From the human T2T-CHM13v2.0 reference genome, Homo sapiens: a stretch of DNA of 64,000 nucleotides. Under the pieces are notes generated by a model that worked only from the letters and a program-made list of their open reading frames with translations, searched no databases and was not told the DNA's origin. Position numbers and translations under genes: made by a program. The stretch is from assembly GCF_009914755.1 (NCBI RefSeq), contig NC_060928.1, one strand, 5' to 3'. Of the stretch, positions 27,640-41,010 are shown one piece after another; position 1 is the stretch's first letter, and the number at the start of each line of letters is the position of its first letter.

Positions 27640-29050
27640 ACAGGTCCACATCAAACCACAGAAACACAAAAATTAAACTGACAATGTATCAAAACTCTTG
27701 AGGAAAAAGGACTTTCTAAGCTTTGAAGTACTATGAAAACAAAAGCACAAAGGAAAAGATGAATAATTGTGGAACGATAGTAAACATATACATGCTTTAT
27801 GCTAAAAAAATAAGAAAATATTCAAAAGACAAATAACCACTTTGCAACAAATGTAAGAAGCAAACAATAAGTATGTTTAATATAACAAGAGCATGTATAG
27901 ATTACTAAGAAAAGCCATAAGACCCTAATAAATAAATAGGTAAAAAACAGTGTTTTTGTTTGCTATGATGCCATAACAAAATACAACAGACTGAGGGGCT
28001 TACACAATAGAAATATATTTTCTCGCAGATCTGGAGGCTAGATGTCCTAGATTAAGATATTAGCGGGTTTGGTTTCTTCAGAGGCCTCTCTCCTTGGTTT
28101 GCAAATGGCCACATTCTTGCTCTGTCCCCACATAGCTGTCCTCAGTCTTTGTGTTGTCTGTGTCCTAATTTCCTCCTCTTATAGGACACCAGTCATATTG
28201 GATTAGGGCCCATCCATAGAACCTCATTTTATCTTAATTACTTACTTAAAGCCCTATCTTCAAATATAGTATCATGCTGAGGTTTAGGTGTTCAACATAT
28301 GTATTGAGGTGGGAAGCACAATTTATCCCATAACAAACCATAAACAATTCAAAACAGAAATGTCTGAAACAGGCACATAAAAATATTACATTTGCTAATA
28401 AGTAAAGGAATGCTAATTGAAGGTAAAATATCATTATATTTTTCATTTTCAAACTAGTAAGACTTGAAAGTCTTTTAAAAGCATTTTAATCCTGGCAAGG
28501 TTTCAGTTCAATGAGAACTTTGAATGCTATTGGCAGGAGTGTAATCTGACAAACCATTTTGGGAAGGAAACTTTCAATATTAATCAAGATTATAAAAAAT
28601 ATTATACTCAGTATAGGTCAATATAATCAAGAAAAAATAAAAAAAAAGCACATTTAGATATGAGCATATTAACTTCTAGGAAGATATCTTTACTAAAATA
28701 TTATCTGAGTCTTATTCATAATACCAAAAAAAAAATTGAACCAATCTAAGGGCTCACAATGGAGAAACTCTAATGTAAACTCAACACTTCATAAGCTGTT
28801 ATGCAGACATTAAAACGGTGTGAGTAATAACTATCAAAAACATAAAATAGTTACAATTTTGTTTTATAAAATGCAGTATGCAAAGCTATATATTAAAAAG
28901 ATTCACAGAATAAAAGGAGCAGGAAATATACCCACAGTCATTTCTTTAAGATAACACAATTGTTTGTTGTTATTTGTTTCTATTTACTGGTATTGCAGTT
29001 TTAAAATTTCCAAAAAGCAATATGCATTCGTGTTTATAATAAAAACATAA
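27640..29050 (+). mobile_element. Old L1M (L1ME-like) ORF2/3' fragment, interrupted by MLT1B
   Basis: A-rich, highly degenerate L1 ORF2-end motifs (AAAAGACAAATAAC…TTTGCAACA; TATTGGCAGGAGTGTAA…CCATTTTGG). Confidence 0.55.
27951..28335 (-). mobile_element. MLT1B-like MaLR LTR
   Basis: GCCATAACAAAATAC…TCTGGAGGCTAGA…GGACACCAGTCATATTGGATTAGGGCCCA…CCATAACA. Confidence 0.85.
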
Positions 29051-29773
29051 TCATTTCAACTTGAGTTAAATTGGATTGAATATGCCAAAATTTAGTTTCA
29101 ATTCTATTAAGCGTAGCTCAACAGGTCAGCTTCTTACTTTAATGCTTTGCTTTCACTCTGCCACATGGTTTTTAACCAACTTTTATGTTGACATAAGTGA
29201 TACCTTCACTCAACACCCATTTCAAACCCAACCCATTTATGCCCCAGAAATAAAAACAGATCACTCTATGGGAAAAGATGGAGATCCCTATCATAAGAAC
29301 TTGAGAATCCTTAGCAGGTCAAGTTCCCCTTTCAGGAAACCCTGGTAAGATCATTCTCTGTTCAGCTTTTCTACCTGAGATCATCCACTTTATCTGCTGA
29401 AAGGTCAGAGGCACGCGTTCTGTAGACGCCTCAATAACATGAGACACTACCTTTCTGCTGCCTTTCTCTGTGACTGTGAGAGAAATATACAGCAAGGTGT
29501 GGCAAGTTCTAACACAAGCATCTCAACTCTTAGTTCAGTGCAGGTTATAGAGTACTGTGCCAGAAGAACCTGTGAAATATTGTATTTTACTTTTTGGTAA
29601 AATACCAAGATTCAAAGTACACTCAATCTTGGAGTTTGTGAGGAGCTCCAAATTGTAAACTTTGAGCAACTGATTGCCAATCAAAACTACAGGACTCAAA
29701 CTATGTTCATTAATTTGATGGATCTTAATTGGGACTCTTATTTTCCTACTAGACTAGAAAGGAGAAACATAAT

Positions 29774-30204
29774 TGTAAAGAGTTGCATAGTGTCTCACCA
29801 AAACTCACACCCACCTGGAATCTCAGAATGTAACCGTATTTGGAAATGTGGTCTTTCCAAATATAACTAAGGTAAAGATCAAGGTGAACTCATACTGGAT
29901 TAGGGTAGGCTCTAAATGCAATGAAAGTGTTTTTACAAGACGCAAAAAAGGACACACAGAGAAGAAGCCATGTGGAGTCAGAGGCTAAGGTGAGAGCAAG
30001 GCTGCCACAAGCCAAGGAACATCAGGAGCCACCAGAAGCTGGAAGAGGAAGGAAAGATTCTTTAGAGTCTTCAGAGAGACCCTGACCCTGCTGACTCTTG
30101 ACTTTGGATGTCTAATCTGGAGAACTGTGAGAGCATAAATTTCTGTTGTTTTAAGTAACCTAGTTTGTGATGATTTGTTATGACAGCCCTGGGAAATTAA
30201 TACA
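29774..30204 (+). mobile_element. MLT1C-like MaLR LTR
   Basis: TG…CA termini; CTCAGAATGTAACCGTATTTGGAAAT, CCACAAGCCAAGGAAC and AGAACTGTGAGAGCATAAATTTCTGTTGTTTTAAG motifs. Confidence 0.85.
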
Positions 30205-31971
30205 ATGCTATATGAAGACAATGATGCCACATTTCACAAAACTGTCCCTTTATATTGAGGCAGAAGGGTGTGGTGGAAACAGCACCAAAAGAGCAGAGTC
30301 AAAGGGTTGGGTATTGGCTCCATGCTACAACTTTCCACTAGGCAAAACAGAGCCTCTCCAAATAGCTGCTTGTGATAGACATGATTATCTCAATTGCATA
30401 GGATTGTTAACAAGACAAAGGAAATGGTATACCTAATAAGCATTTGATAAGGTGTAGACAGAAATCCTGATTTTGTTGTTATTGTCAGTGGTTTAGAGTA
30501 AATGCCAATTTTGCACTAAATATCTATTTAGGAAATATGAAAACAGACCAAAAAATATTTACACAACAAGTACATATGTGGTTTACCTTTCAGTTCTTTA
30601 TTATAGGAGCTTTCTTGCCTAAAGGGTGGGTTTATATCATGAAGACCGAATTTATACCCTGTTGTGAATCATTTATCACACAGGTGAATTATTAGGGATG
30701 TTTTGGAAGGGGTGTAATCTGAGGCTGTTATTTTTAGGATTGTTGTACTGTCATTAATAATCATCTCTTGTACTTGTAGTCATCTGAACTGGAAAAGAAA
30801 AGAAATAGATAGCCCGGATCATGGTAAGGCAGCTTTTTAGTGTTTCTGATTGAAAAAAATAAAAAGTTAGGGACAAAGAATCCTGTCACTAATGTCCAGT
30901 TCCTGGGTTTTGATGGCATTCACCATCCAATTTGAGAAAAATGGTAGATGGGTGGCATCAAAGGCAAGAAAACTGACTGCTGTTATGTAAGTAATAACCA
31001 CAGTACAATACTGCTTTTATAACATTCCAGGCTGTAATAACTACTAGAATAAATTACTCAATTCTTAAAGTAACAGCTTAGGTGTACCATTCAGAATATT
31101 AAATGTATAACTCTTGATTGTGAATCCCCTTATTCAATAAAAATATAATGTGGCAAATTGTTTCAAGCATTATTTCTAAGAATTGATGTTATCCAAACAT
31201 GTCTTCAAAATTAAATAGAAGAAGGGTTGAAGGCTTCTGGTGTTCATGCTTTCCTCCCTATTAGAGCAGAAGGCAAGTCTCCAAGCTCATTCTCAATGGA
31301 AAATTGATGCCAAACCTAAGGTGTTGTTGTGAACAAAACTCACTGCAGCAAACAATTTCTCCAAAGCTCAACTCCCTAGGAGCATTTTGTCAATGTTGGG
31401 TAATTAGTTTCCACGATGATCGCTGTCTTTCAGTGGGTCTACCTAGACGGTTACATTGTTCTCCAGTCTTCTTTTGTGTTCCAATGAAGGACCAATGTGG
31501 CAAGTGCCAATTCCTCACTGCTTTGCCCTCTCCCCACTTGACACCATTCCCAGACATGCAGATAGTGGTGATGGTGGAAAAATATTCACCGCCCTAGGAA
31601 TTTCTCTCTAACCCCATTCATAAGTTCATATCCCCACCCAATCCTGGATGAGTCATTGCAATATTCAGCTAATGAGACCCGTCATTCTTGGACCTGTGCT
31701 TACCCTACATCCACATCTCCCATCACTGCCCTCCACATGTGCTATACTGCCGTCACACTGAGGGTCAGGGCCCTTTCACTCTTCCACATCTTTGGGTAGA
31801 AAGAACAGCAGGGCATGCCTGTTTGGAGCACACATGCCGGAGATCCTTGCCTAAACACCCTCATGCTGAGTTCCTTGCTCTTCTCTTTGCTTCTTTTTAC
31901 TATGTCTCATCACTATATATTCCATACTTAGAGTCTAAGTTTCTTAATTCCAGGCTGAGGCTGGAGCTATA

Positions 31972-32465
31972 CAGTAGTTACCACTTATCTGCAATTTTGC
32001 TTTCTGTGGTTCCAGTTACCAGCTGTCAATGGTGGTCTGAAAATATTAAATAGAAAATTCCAGAAATAAACCATTTGTAAGTTTTATATCACACGCCCTT
32101 CAGAGTGGAATGATGAAATCTTGTGCCCATCCTCCTCCCTCTCTCCAGGGATATGAATCCTCCTTTTGTCCTGGGTTTCCACATTGTAGACGCTGCCTGC
32201 CCATGAATCACTTTGTAGCCACTGGTGATCAGATCTACTGTCTCAGTATTACAGGGCTTATGTTCAAGAAACCCTTTATTTTATTTAGCAATGGCCCAAA
32301 GCACAAGAGTAGTGATGCTGGCATTTCAAACATGCCAAAAAGAAGCTGTAAAATGCTTCCTTAAAGTGAAAAGGTAAAAGTTCTAAACTTAATAAAGAAC
32401 ACAAAAACTTATGCTGAGGTAGCTAAAGTCTACGGTAAGAACACATCTTCTATCCATGAAACTGG
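31972..32465 (+). mobile_element. MER44/Tigger7 left end with start of a decayed transposase
   Basis: TA|CAGTAGTTACCACTTATCTGC TIR; later encodes …PKHKSSDAGISNMPKRSCKMLP… then frameshifted YAEVAKVYGKN (pogo/Tigger N-terminal HTH). No right TIR seen. Confidence 0.85.
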
Positions 32466-33229
32466 AGTGACACCAGCATTTCCAGTTCCCTCAAATATGC
32501 CTCCGCAGCTCTAGGTCTGATGCTAGGTTGGGAATGAGGGTGTAGTGATTGAGCTTGATGATGGTTTGACTAACAAGTAAATGAAACATGAACATCCTTT
32601 GAGGAAAGTGGCTAATTATAAACATATTTTGAAAACAAGTGCTACCATTTATTCAGCATTTACTAGGACCAAGAATTAAGTAGTTTTTATATATATCATC
32701 CTAATCTAATTCTAGGCACCTGTAAGTTCAAACCATGTGATTGCCCTGAGAAGACTAATAATCTATTGCCCTTACAAACTGTATTTTCCAGGTGCTCAAC
32801 AGTTATTTCGCGGAGAAGCTGTGGGCTGGAGAATGGGAAGGTGGAGAAGGTAGGCTACTAATGTGAGCATTCCATTTCTCCTACATGGCTTCAAACAATT
32901 CAGCCCTGGCCCCAAACACACAACTCCATTAGGCAACATAAAAGCCCTACAGTTAAGTGGGTTTGCCGCACCTCCTAGCTAGATAAGACTGCAATCATCT
33001 ATATTTACTTAAGACTGTCCATTTGTAGGAAGTAGGGGGTCCTACTGTAGGACGTAGGGGGTGTCTTGATTATTTAGGCCTTGCAAAAAATGAATTGAGC
33101 CTGATCTCATGGAAATTCTACAGAGGTAGGTAGAGAAGAGGAGACTGGGTGAAGACATCTGGAGGAAGCTCTCAGCCAAATCCAAAGACCAAACATCCCC
33201 TTTCTCAAACAAATCAATGACTTGAATAA

Positions 33230-33680
33230 AAAGGAGGCAGAGCTAGTGTTACACATTTAAAGAGACTTGGAAAACATAACAGCAAATACCATATAAAGAC
33301 TTTGTTTGGATTGTATGCAAACAAACACACAATTAAAAAACTTCTTGAGACAATTGAGGCAATGCAAATATGGATATATGAACTGAATCTTAAATTGCAT
33401 TAAAGGATTATTATTAATTGTGTTAGGTGTTATGACATGGTGTTTATGTATATACACATTCTTATCATTTGGACATGTATATTCAAGAATCTGCAGGAGA
33501 AAAGCATTATGTCTAATATTCATTTTAAAATATGACCTCCTCAAATAAATTAATGGATGGAACAAGATTTGAAAATTGCTGACAATTGTTGAAGCTAGGT
33601 AAAGGGTGCATAAGCTCTATTGTACTATTCAGTTTCTTTTGTTTGCGTTTGAAATTTTCATAATAACAAGCTTTACAAAA
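33230..33680 (+). mobile_element. Old L1M (L1MC/L1ME-like) 3' end
   Basis: TAAAGAGACTTGG…CTTTGTTTGGATT…TTGAGACAATTGAGG…ATTGTTGAAGCTAGGT…GTTTGAAATTTTCATAATAA. Confidence 0.65.
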
Positions 33681-34235
33681 AGCAAATGCATTGATTCTTT
33701 TTATCTCAAAAAGAGACATTTGTGCCTGCCAGGTAATGTGCCCAAGTTTTAGAAATGTAACTGGAATGCTCAGATCAATTTACATTTATATGAAATCACA
33801 ACTGGGTTGAACACAGGTAGAGAAAAGGCAAGCAGAGCCAAGAAGAAAAGGCTTAGGGAGGATGAGTATTAAAACAACATCTGATGGAACAATCAATAAT
33901 TATGTGCATAGCCACAATATGAAAGAAGTGAATGAACTCCAAGGAAAAGAAGTTCAAATAAAAAGGTAGCAAAACTAATAGAAACTGTCTTTCTACTGTT
34001 CTGCAGGTGGTATAAACACCCTCCTCCTTCAAGACGCATCAAAAGTTATAGATCAGCGCTGCCTTTTCCAGCTCCCCAAGGCTGTTAGCTGCTCTCTCAT
34101 ATGAGATTCCACAAAGCTTTGTTCATACTTTTCTGTTTTTCTCCACTTTATAAGGGAAGAGATGTTGACTAGCACCTGCCTTGGAAGGTGATATATGTAT
34201 ACGCTTAAGAAATAGTGGAAGGAATGGATGCATGG

Positions 34236-34614
34236 TCTATTTGTCCATTTTCACACTGCTATAAAGAAATATCAGAGACTGGGTAATTTATAAAAGAAAA
34301 AGGTTTAATTGACTCACATTTCTGCATGGCTGAGGGGGGCGCCTCAGGAAACTTACAATCATGGTGAAAGGCAAAGGGCAAGCAAGCTTGTACCTTCTCA
34401 CATGTCAGTAGGAAAGAGAGAGTGAGCAAGCAAAGGGGGAAGAGCCCCTTGTAAAACCATCAGATCTCATGAGAGCTCACTTCACTACCAGGAGAACAGC
34501 ATGGGGCACACTACCCCCGTAATCCAACCACCTCCCACCAGGTCTCTCCCTCAACACCTGGGGATTCCAATTCCAGATGAGATTTTGGTGGGAACACAAA
34601 GCCTAACCATATCA
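34236..34614 (-). mobile_element. THE1D-like solo LTR with 5-bp TSD CATGG
   Basis: CCATTTTCACACTGCTATAAAG…AAAACCATCAGATCTCATGAGA…AACCATATCA; CATGG at 34231-34235 and 34615-34619. Confidence 0.92.
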
Positions 34615-36229
34615 CATGGGTACTAGAGGAAGAAAAAAAAGGGAGGGATGGAAGACAAAGAAAAATTCTATTCTTTCCTGGGAAGAAAAATTCTGAGGTC
34701 AGAGGGTTGGGACTGATATTTAAGAAAGACTTCCTGTAAATAATCCCAAACCAAGTAGAATCAGATGCTGCCTTTCTTTAGGAGCCTGCTACTAGGATTT
34801 TGTTTTGTTTTGTTATAGCTAGGCTAAATTCCACCCATTCTCTTTTGTGCAAGCAATTCACCAAATATGCCAGGCTGGAGACAGTTGAGATTTTTTATCT
34901 CTTGCTGAGAAAAGAAATTTTTCATTGAGCTATCACATGCACAGTTATTTTTATTTGACTCTCAGTTGAGATACCCCTGCTGCATAGCATATTGAATACT
35001 TTATTGACCATAAAATGTGCTGCTGCAATTAGAGGGGTTTTTTTTATCTTTTTTTCCAAGCATTGTGCCTTTCTGGGGGCACTTGGAAGCTCATTTCTGT
35101 TTATCAGTTTTTCAAGGATGTTTGCAATTTAGCAACAGTGAATTGGAAGTTCAGTTAAATATCTGGCATGTTTGAGTGAGTGTTTCCAAGATCTGCAATT
35201 AAGCAGGGCAGGGTAAAGTGTAGTGAGGCTCCTCATGCATAATCTGCAAAGGTTTTTCACACTATCTGAGGTCTTAGAGAAAAAAAATGTTCACTAAGTA
35301 AATCAGGAGCAAATTCACTTAAGAGACTGCTTTGTAAATCATTCAGCTTTGTCAGGCAATCTCTGGGTGCACTAAGTGCTGGCTATCTTTGGGCTATTTT
35401 AGAGGCCATCACCTCTATTGGGTATCACCAAGTAAAACAGCACAGACCTCATGGAAGATACCATGTTTAAATAGCATGAGTTTTCAGATCTCATGCCTCA
35501 GGCAGAGTTTGGAACCAGGAGCTGAGGACACTATTAGTTGAATGAATGAATAAAAGAAAAGAGAATTCTTCCTGGTCTCTAAAAAAATATGCCCTAGGTT
35601 ACTTCCAGTAAGCCAACAGCAAATCAGAATGGAATGTGTGAGTTGCAGCAGGACTGGCAGCTCATGCAGGTTAAATGTCCTGTTGTGCATTTCCCTCCAT
35701 GTACCCTCACTGGGTTAGTAGGGAAGCCCGGACTCGTCTTCGAATCTCAAGCCATGACCTGTGCTATTTCTGTAGATTTCATAGCTGCTGTCAAGAAAAC
35801 TTTTTATTGAAGCATCATGCTTTTTGTGAAACTATAGTCAAGCCCATGCCCAAAAGCCATCTAGGTCTAGACCTCTGATGACATTCTGATGAGGTGGAGC
35901 AGGTGACTGCTACCGTGGAGATTCCTGTTCCACTCTCAGCTTCTTCTCTCCATCTACTGACCCCCTCCTCCTACTATCCCCACCAGGAAATAGACAGACT
36001 CCAAGAGCTACAGCTTAGTTGTACTGAGAACCTAACAGGCATTGTGCATGCTTGTGATGCACCAACGAATGAGACAGAAGTGTGCCCTCCTTAGGGAGCT
36101 CGAATTCTAGTGATTTAAAATAAGCCTGCAGTAAGGGCTCGCATCTCTCCACAGCAGCCATCTTACAAAGCATTGTACCTTCAATTTGGTTTTCTGTGTC
36201 GTTTTTTTCTTAATTCGCTCAATAAAATT

Positions 36230-36690
36230 TATTTCAGGTTTCTGCTCAACTGTCACTTTACAATGGAAAGTTCTCCTTCTAAAAAATATCCATCTCCAAC
36301 TACCACCACTCCACACCCACCTCTCTCTACCTTGCTTTATTTGTCTATACAGCCCTTACCACTACCGGACCAAGCTTATTTATTTATTAGTTTTTCTGTG
36401 TGTTTTTCCTTGCTAGAATATAAAGTGTTTCAGGGCAGCCAACTTGGTTAATTCATTGCTGAGTATCTGGCTTATTATAGGAGATGAATACATATTTGTT
36501 GAATTAATTAATGCATAAATAACCATAAGCAATAGGTATGACCATTATTCCTGTTTTTCAAATGGGAAATTCACACTTAAGGAGGATAAGAAATTTGCCT
36601 AAAGTCACCCAATACATAAGCAGTGAAACTAGGGCTCAGACCAGGTCTTCTGGAGCAGAAAGCCTGGCCTCTTGATCATTACTCTAAATT
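36230..36690. mobile_element. L2 3' end (+) followed by MIR (-)
   Basis: ATACATATTTGTTGAATTAAT marks the L2 end; CCATTATTCCTGTTTTTCAAATGGGAAA…TTGCCTAAAGTCACCC is antisense MIR core. Confidence 0.6.
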
Positions 36691-36910
36691 GTCCCACTTC
36701 AAATAATCATTTCTTTAACATGTCTAATAGTAGAAGCTTCCCTAAACTGTCAACTCTAGGATGGGATGAAGACACTGAATAGAAGAAATGCCACTAAACA
36801 ACATATAAAGATAAAAATACAAAACTACAAACGTAATTCTGAAAAACTTCAGAATAAAATTTAGGACAGTTTTATCTTGTGCAGAGTTAACATAAAAATA
36901 TGTGCTTTTG

Positions 36911-37203
36911 GGCCGGGCACAGTGGCTCATATCTGTAATCCAGCATTTTTGGAGGCCGAGGTGGGCGGATCACCTGAGGTCAGGAGTTCAAGACCACCCT
37001 GGCCAACATGGAGAAACCCTGTCTCTACTAAAAATACAAAAATTAGCCAGGCATGGTCATGTGTGCCTGTAATCCCAGCTACTTGGGAGGCTGAGGCAGG
37101 AGAATTGCTTGCTTGAATCCCAGAGGCAGAGGTAGCAGATGGCGCCACTTCACTCCAGTGGAGACAGAGCAAGACACCGTCTCAAAAAGAAATAGAAAGA
37201 AAG
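36911..37203 (+). mobile_element. Alu (AluS) with small right-arm deletions
   Basis: GGCCGGGCACAGTGGCTC start; right arm lacks TGAGCCGA and CCTG segments. Confidence 0.93.
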
Positions 37204-38318
37204 AACATGGAAAGAATAAAAGCTTTAGAGTCGAGCATGGATAGGCTGTCTCTGCCAGTAGTTATTCATTCACCTTCTCAACCTCAACTTTCATATCTAT
37301 AAGGTAGGGCTGAGGCCTACCCACCAAGGTGGTTGGCAGAAGGAAATTAGATAATAAATGTAACGTTTCTGGCAAAACTTTAAGTTAAATGAATGACTCA
37401 TTTAGTTACTTACTCTAATAAGTCCTAAGCAAATGGACAAATAAAATTAGGTTTCAGTTATGCATCTATTAATGCCTAAAAACAGCAGCGCTGCACATCA
37501 CAAAGGAACAGGCAGACTTACCCCCGGGGCAACTGAAACTGAAGGACAAGGGGCTAGTGACAGTCAGGAACAATGGTCCCTAATCCCAGGGAAGATGTAC
37601 TAAATGTGTTTACTTGCTGTTGCTCATACCAATCAATTGATCAGGCTGTGGAAGGAGGTATAGTGGCACCCATACATTTATTTAGACATAACTAATGGAC
37701 TTCCCAAGCATGGATAGAGAAGCCACTTAACTGGTCAAATATCTGGAAGAAAAAAAACCTGTAGTTAATCAAATATCTTTAATAAAAGTATTGGTAACAT
37801 TCTGCCCATATTCATCAAACACTTGGTATTAATATTGTTTTCAAAAAAAAGTGACTGATGTTCTAGCTCAGATGTGGTCTTACATATTTAGTTTGTCACA
37901 ATTTCTATAGTTGCTGATAGGGCAGTAATGATCTTTTCTTGTGTTATGGTTGTATTGATATAATAAATTGCATTTTCCCTTAGATTTTATTAGAAACTAT
38001 AAATGGCTCTATCACCTCTGAAACAACATAAGTCACGCAACACATTTTTAATTTTATCAGCCCAACTCCTTTTTTAGAATCAGAATATTTGCTTGAAAAC
38101 TGAAAAGTTTTAGTCTCCCTAAAGAAATATCAACTGATACTTTATAGCTAAAAACATGGATTTTTATTTCTCTTTTTCTTTCCCAATTCCTAAAGAAATG
38201 CAGATACATTTCTCCTTGTTCTATTTGGCCAGTTTAGATCTTTAGATGGTTTTAGTCTTCGTATGTTTGTTTACGTGCTGGTTTTAAAATAGTTGAAGTA
38301 TTATAAGAAATATCTGTT

Positions 38319-38633
<315 letters not shown>

Positions 38634-38816
38634 CTATCAACTGCAGCCTCTCTCTTTCTCAGATGGAAGAAGTCCAAATGTATATTAGCTTAGTAACTAT
38701 GTAACCACTTTAAAAGGGGCACAAATCTACCTTGATATCTCTGAATTACTTCTGAAATTATTTATCCTGAAAGAAAAATCAATGAACACTCCTGAAATTT
38801 GCCACTTGTCATTTCA

Positions 38817-39257
<441 letters not shown>

Positions 39258-39819
39258 CTATCATAAAATCATTCAGGATACCTCTTTGTGTGGGTTAGAT
39301 CTCTGACAACAGAGAACGTAAGCTCACATGTGGGTTTGGACTAAATAATGATCAAGTATCTATGTTCAGATATTATCTGTCCCAAGAGAGCACTTAGCAA
39401 AAGAATCACAATATTTATCATGATGTAATGCCTCCTCTCTATATGCAATTTGAAAATGCTGGTTAGGAAATACATGGCTGAGAATGCTATTTTTCTTTTT
39501 TAGAGACGTCTTCACCATTTATTACAGATTGAGCCAGAGATTTGGAATCAACAGTCCTGAGTTTATATTCTGGCTTTACCAATTTCTAGCAACAAAAATA
39601 TCATTTATTTGAACTTCCTTTTTTGCCCTTGTAAAGTAGAACTGGTGATGCCTGCCACCCAATCTATGACCCCATTCAATAAGTGTTCATTGAATTTAAA
39701 TCTTGTCTACAAAGTTAGCGATGAAGCCACATAAATGACGTCTTGGGAAAATCAACCAATGAAAAGATAGAACTGTTCAGAACTTTTTGTAGCCACAGGT
39801 GAGCTGAGTATTGGGTGTA

Positions 39820-40370
39820 AGAGTATAGTCCATGCAGATGAAAAGACATGCGTTGGTGTGTGACTCCTAACTACTAGGTTTGTGTCCTTATGCAAGTAAT
39901 TTGACCTTAGTATGCCTTATTTTTCACATCTGCAAAATGGGTATGACAATAAGACCAACTCCCTAATTTTACTGTAAGAAATAAATTTAGAAAATGCATA
40001 CTTACTGCAAAGAAAGGAACACAGGAAACCAGTCAATAAAAATTGTTGCTACTGATATTTATAATAAAAACAATAAGTGAAATCATTCATTCAATTAAAG
40101 TTTTGGGGTGCAATTTGTGTCCTATATACTGTTCTAGGTACTGGGGATACAGAGGTGAATAAAACCAACAACCTCTCTGTTCTCATGAAACTATGTCTGG
40201 TAAAGAATAGACAAGGCAATGTCAATGCTCTGAAGACAATAAAACAAAATAATGTGAATAGAGTAACTGAAGATGTGTGTATGGTTTTGTGGGAGAGTGC
40301 ATGTTTGGAAAGTGCCTTAAAAACAGGGTGACCCCCACATGTCTCTTTGAGGAAGTAAGGTTTGAGCTTC
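39820..40370. mobile_element. MIR (+) followed by L2 (-)
   Basis: CACATCTGCAAAATGGGTATGACAAT (MIR); TCATTCATTCAA…ACTGTTCTAGGTACTGGGGATACAG (antisense L2). Confidence 0.65.
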
Positions 40371-40759
40371 GACCTGCACCCTGTGCAGACTTTCTGCAGG
40401 ACTTTGGCACATGCTTACTCAAGATGCATTTTCACTTCCTGCAATCCATCATTTCTCTAAACCCATGTAATAAATGGGATTCAGATTTTAATAGGCATAC
40501 TTTGTTCTTTGTAACAAAAGGGACATCCACAGTTGCATAAGTGGTGAATCCATCTTGGTCTTTGGAATTAGAGATTCCCAGCCATAAGACTTATTGGGTG
40601 GGTGATAGTGGACTCATTATCTAGGCACCCTAAGCCTTACTTATCCCATCTGTAAAACAGCCATGAAACAAAGCCATATATGCTTTGTTTCTGCCTGCTT
40701 CTGCTGCTTCTGCCAGAGTCTGTGATGCAGAAGAGAACCTCCAAATGGTAATTATTGTC

Positions 40760-41010
40760 ACTATCAGCAGTAGAGAAATATCCTGGTTAAAACCTCCACT
40801 GCCCACTTGCAATGTGACCTTGGGTAAGATGTGTGACTTCTCTGAGCCTCAGTGTACTAATGTGTAAGATAAGGATAATAATAACAATAATAATAATAAT
40901 AATACCTACTTATCAAGTTTGTGTGAGAAATTAACTGAGTTGTAGAAACCACTTTGAATGGGTTCTGGCAAAGAGCAAACTCAATAAGTGCTCCTTGTTA
41001 GTATTACTCA
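40760..41010 (+). mobile_element. MIR with internal (AAT)n
   Basis: TGTGACCTTGGGTAAG…CTCTGAGCCTCAGT…ATAATACCTAC…CTCAATAAGTG. Confidence 0.75.

Noticed and set aside
29370-29480. ~99-nt minus-strand open segment (TEKGSRKVVSHVIEASTERVPLTFQQIKWMIS)
   Set aside because: Donor CAG|gtagaa is poor and the peptide is unrecognised.
32110-32465. Transposase-like peptide as a possible domesticated gene
   Set aside because: Short, frameshifted and confined to a MER44/Tigger7 relic.
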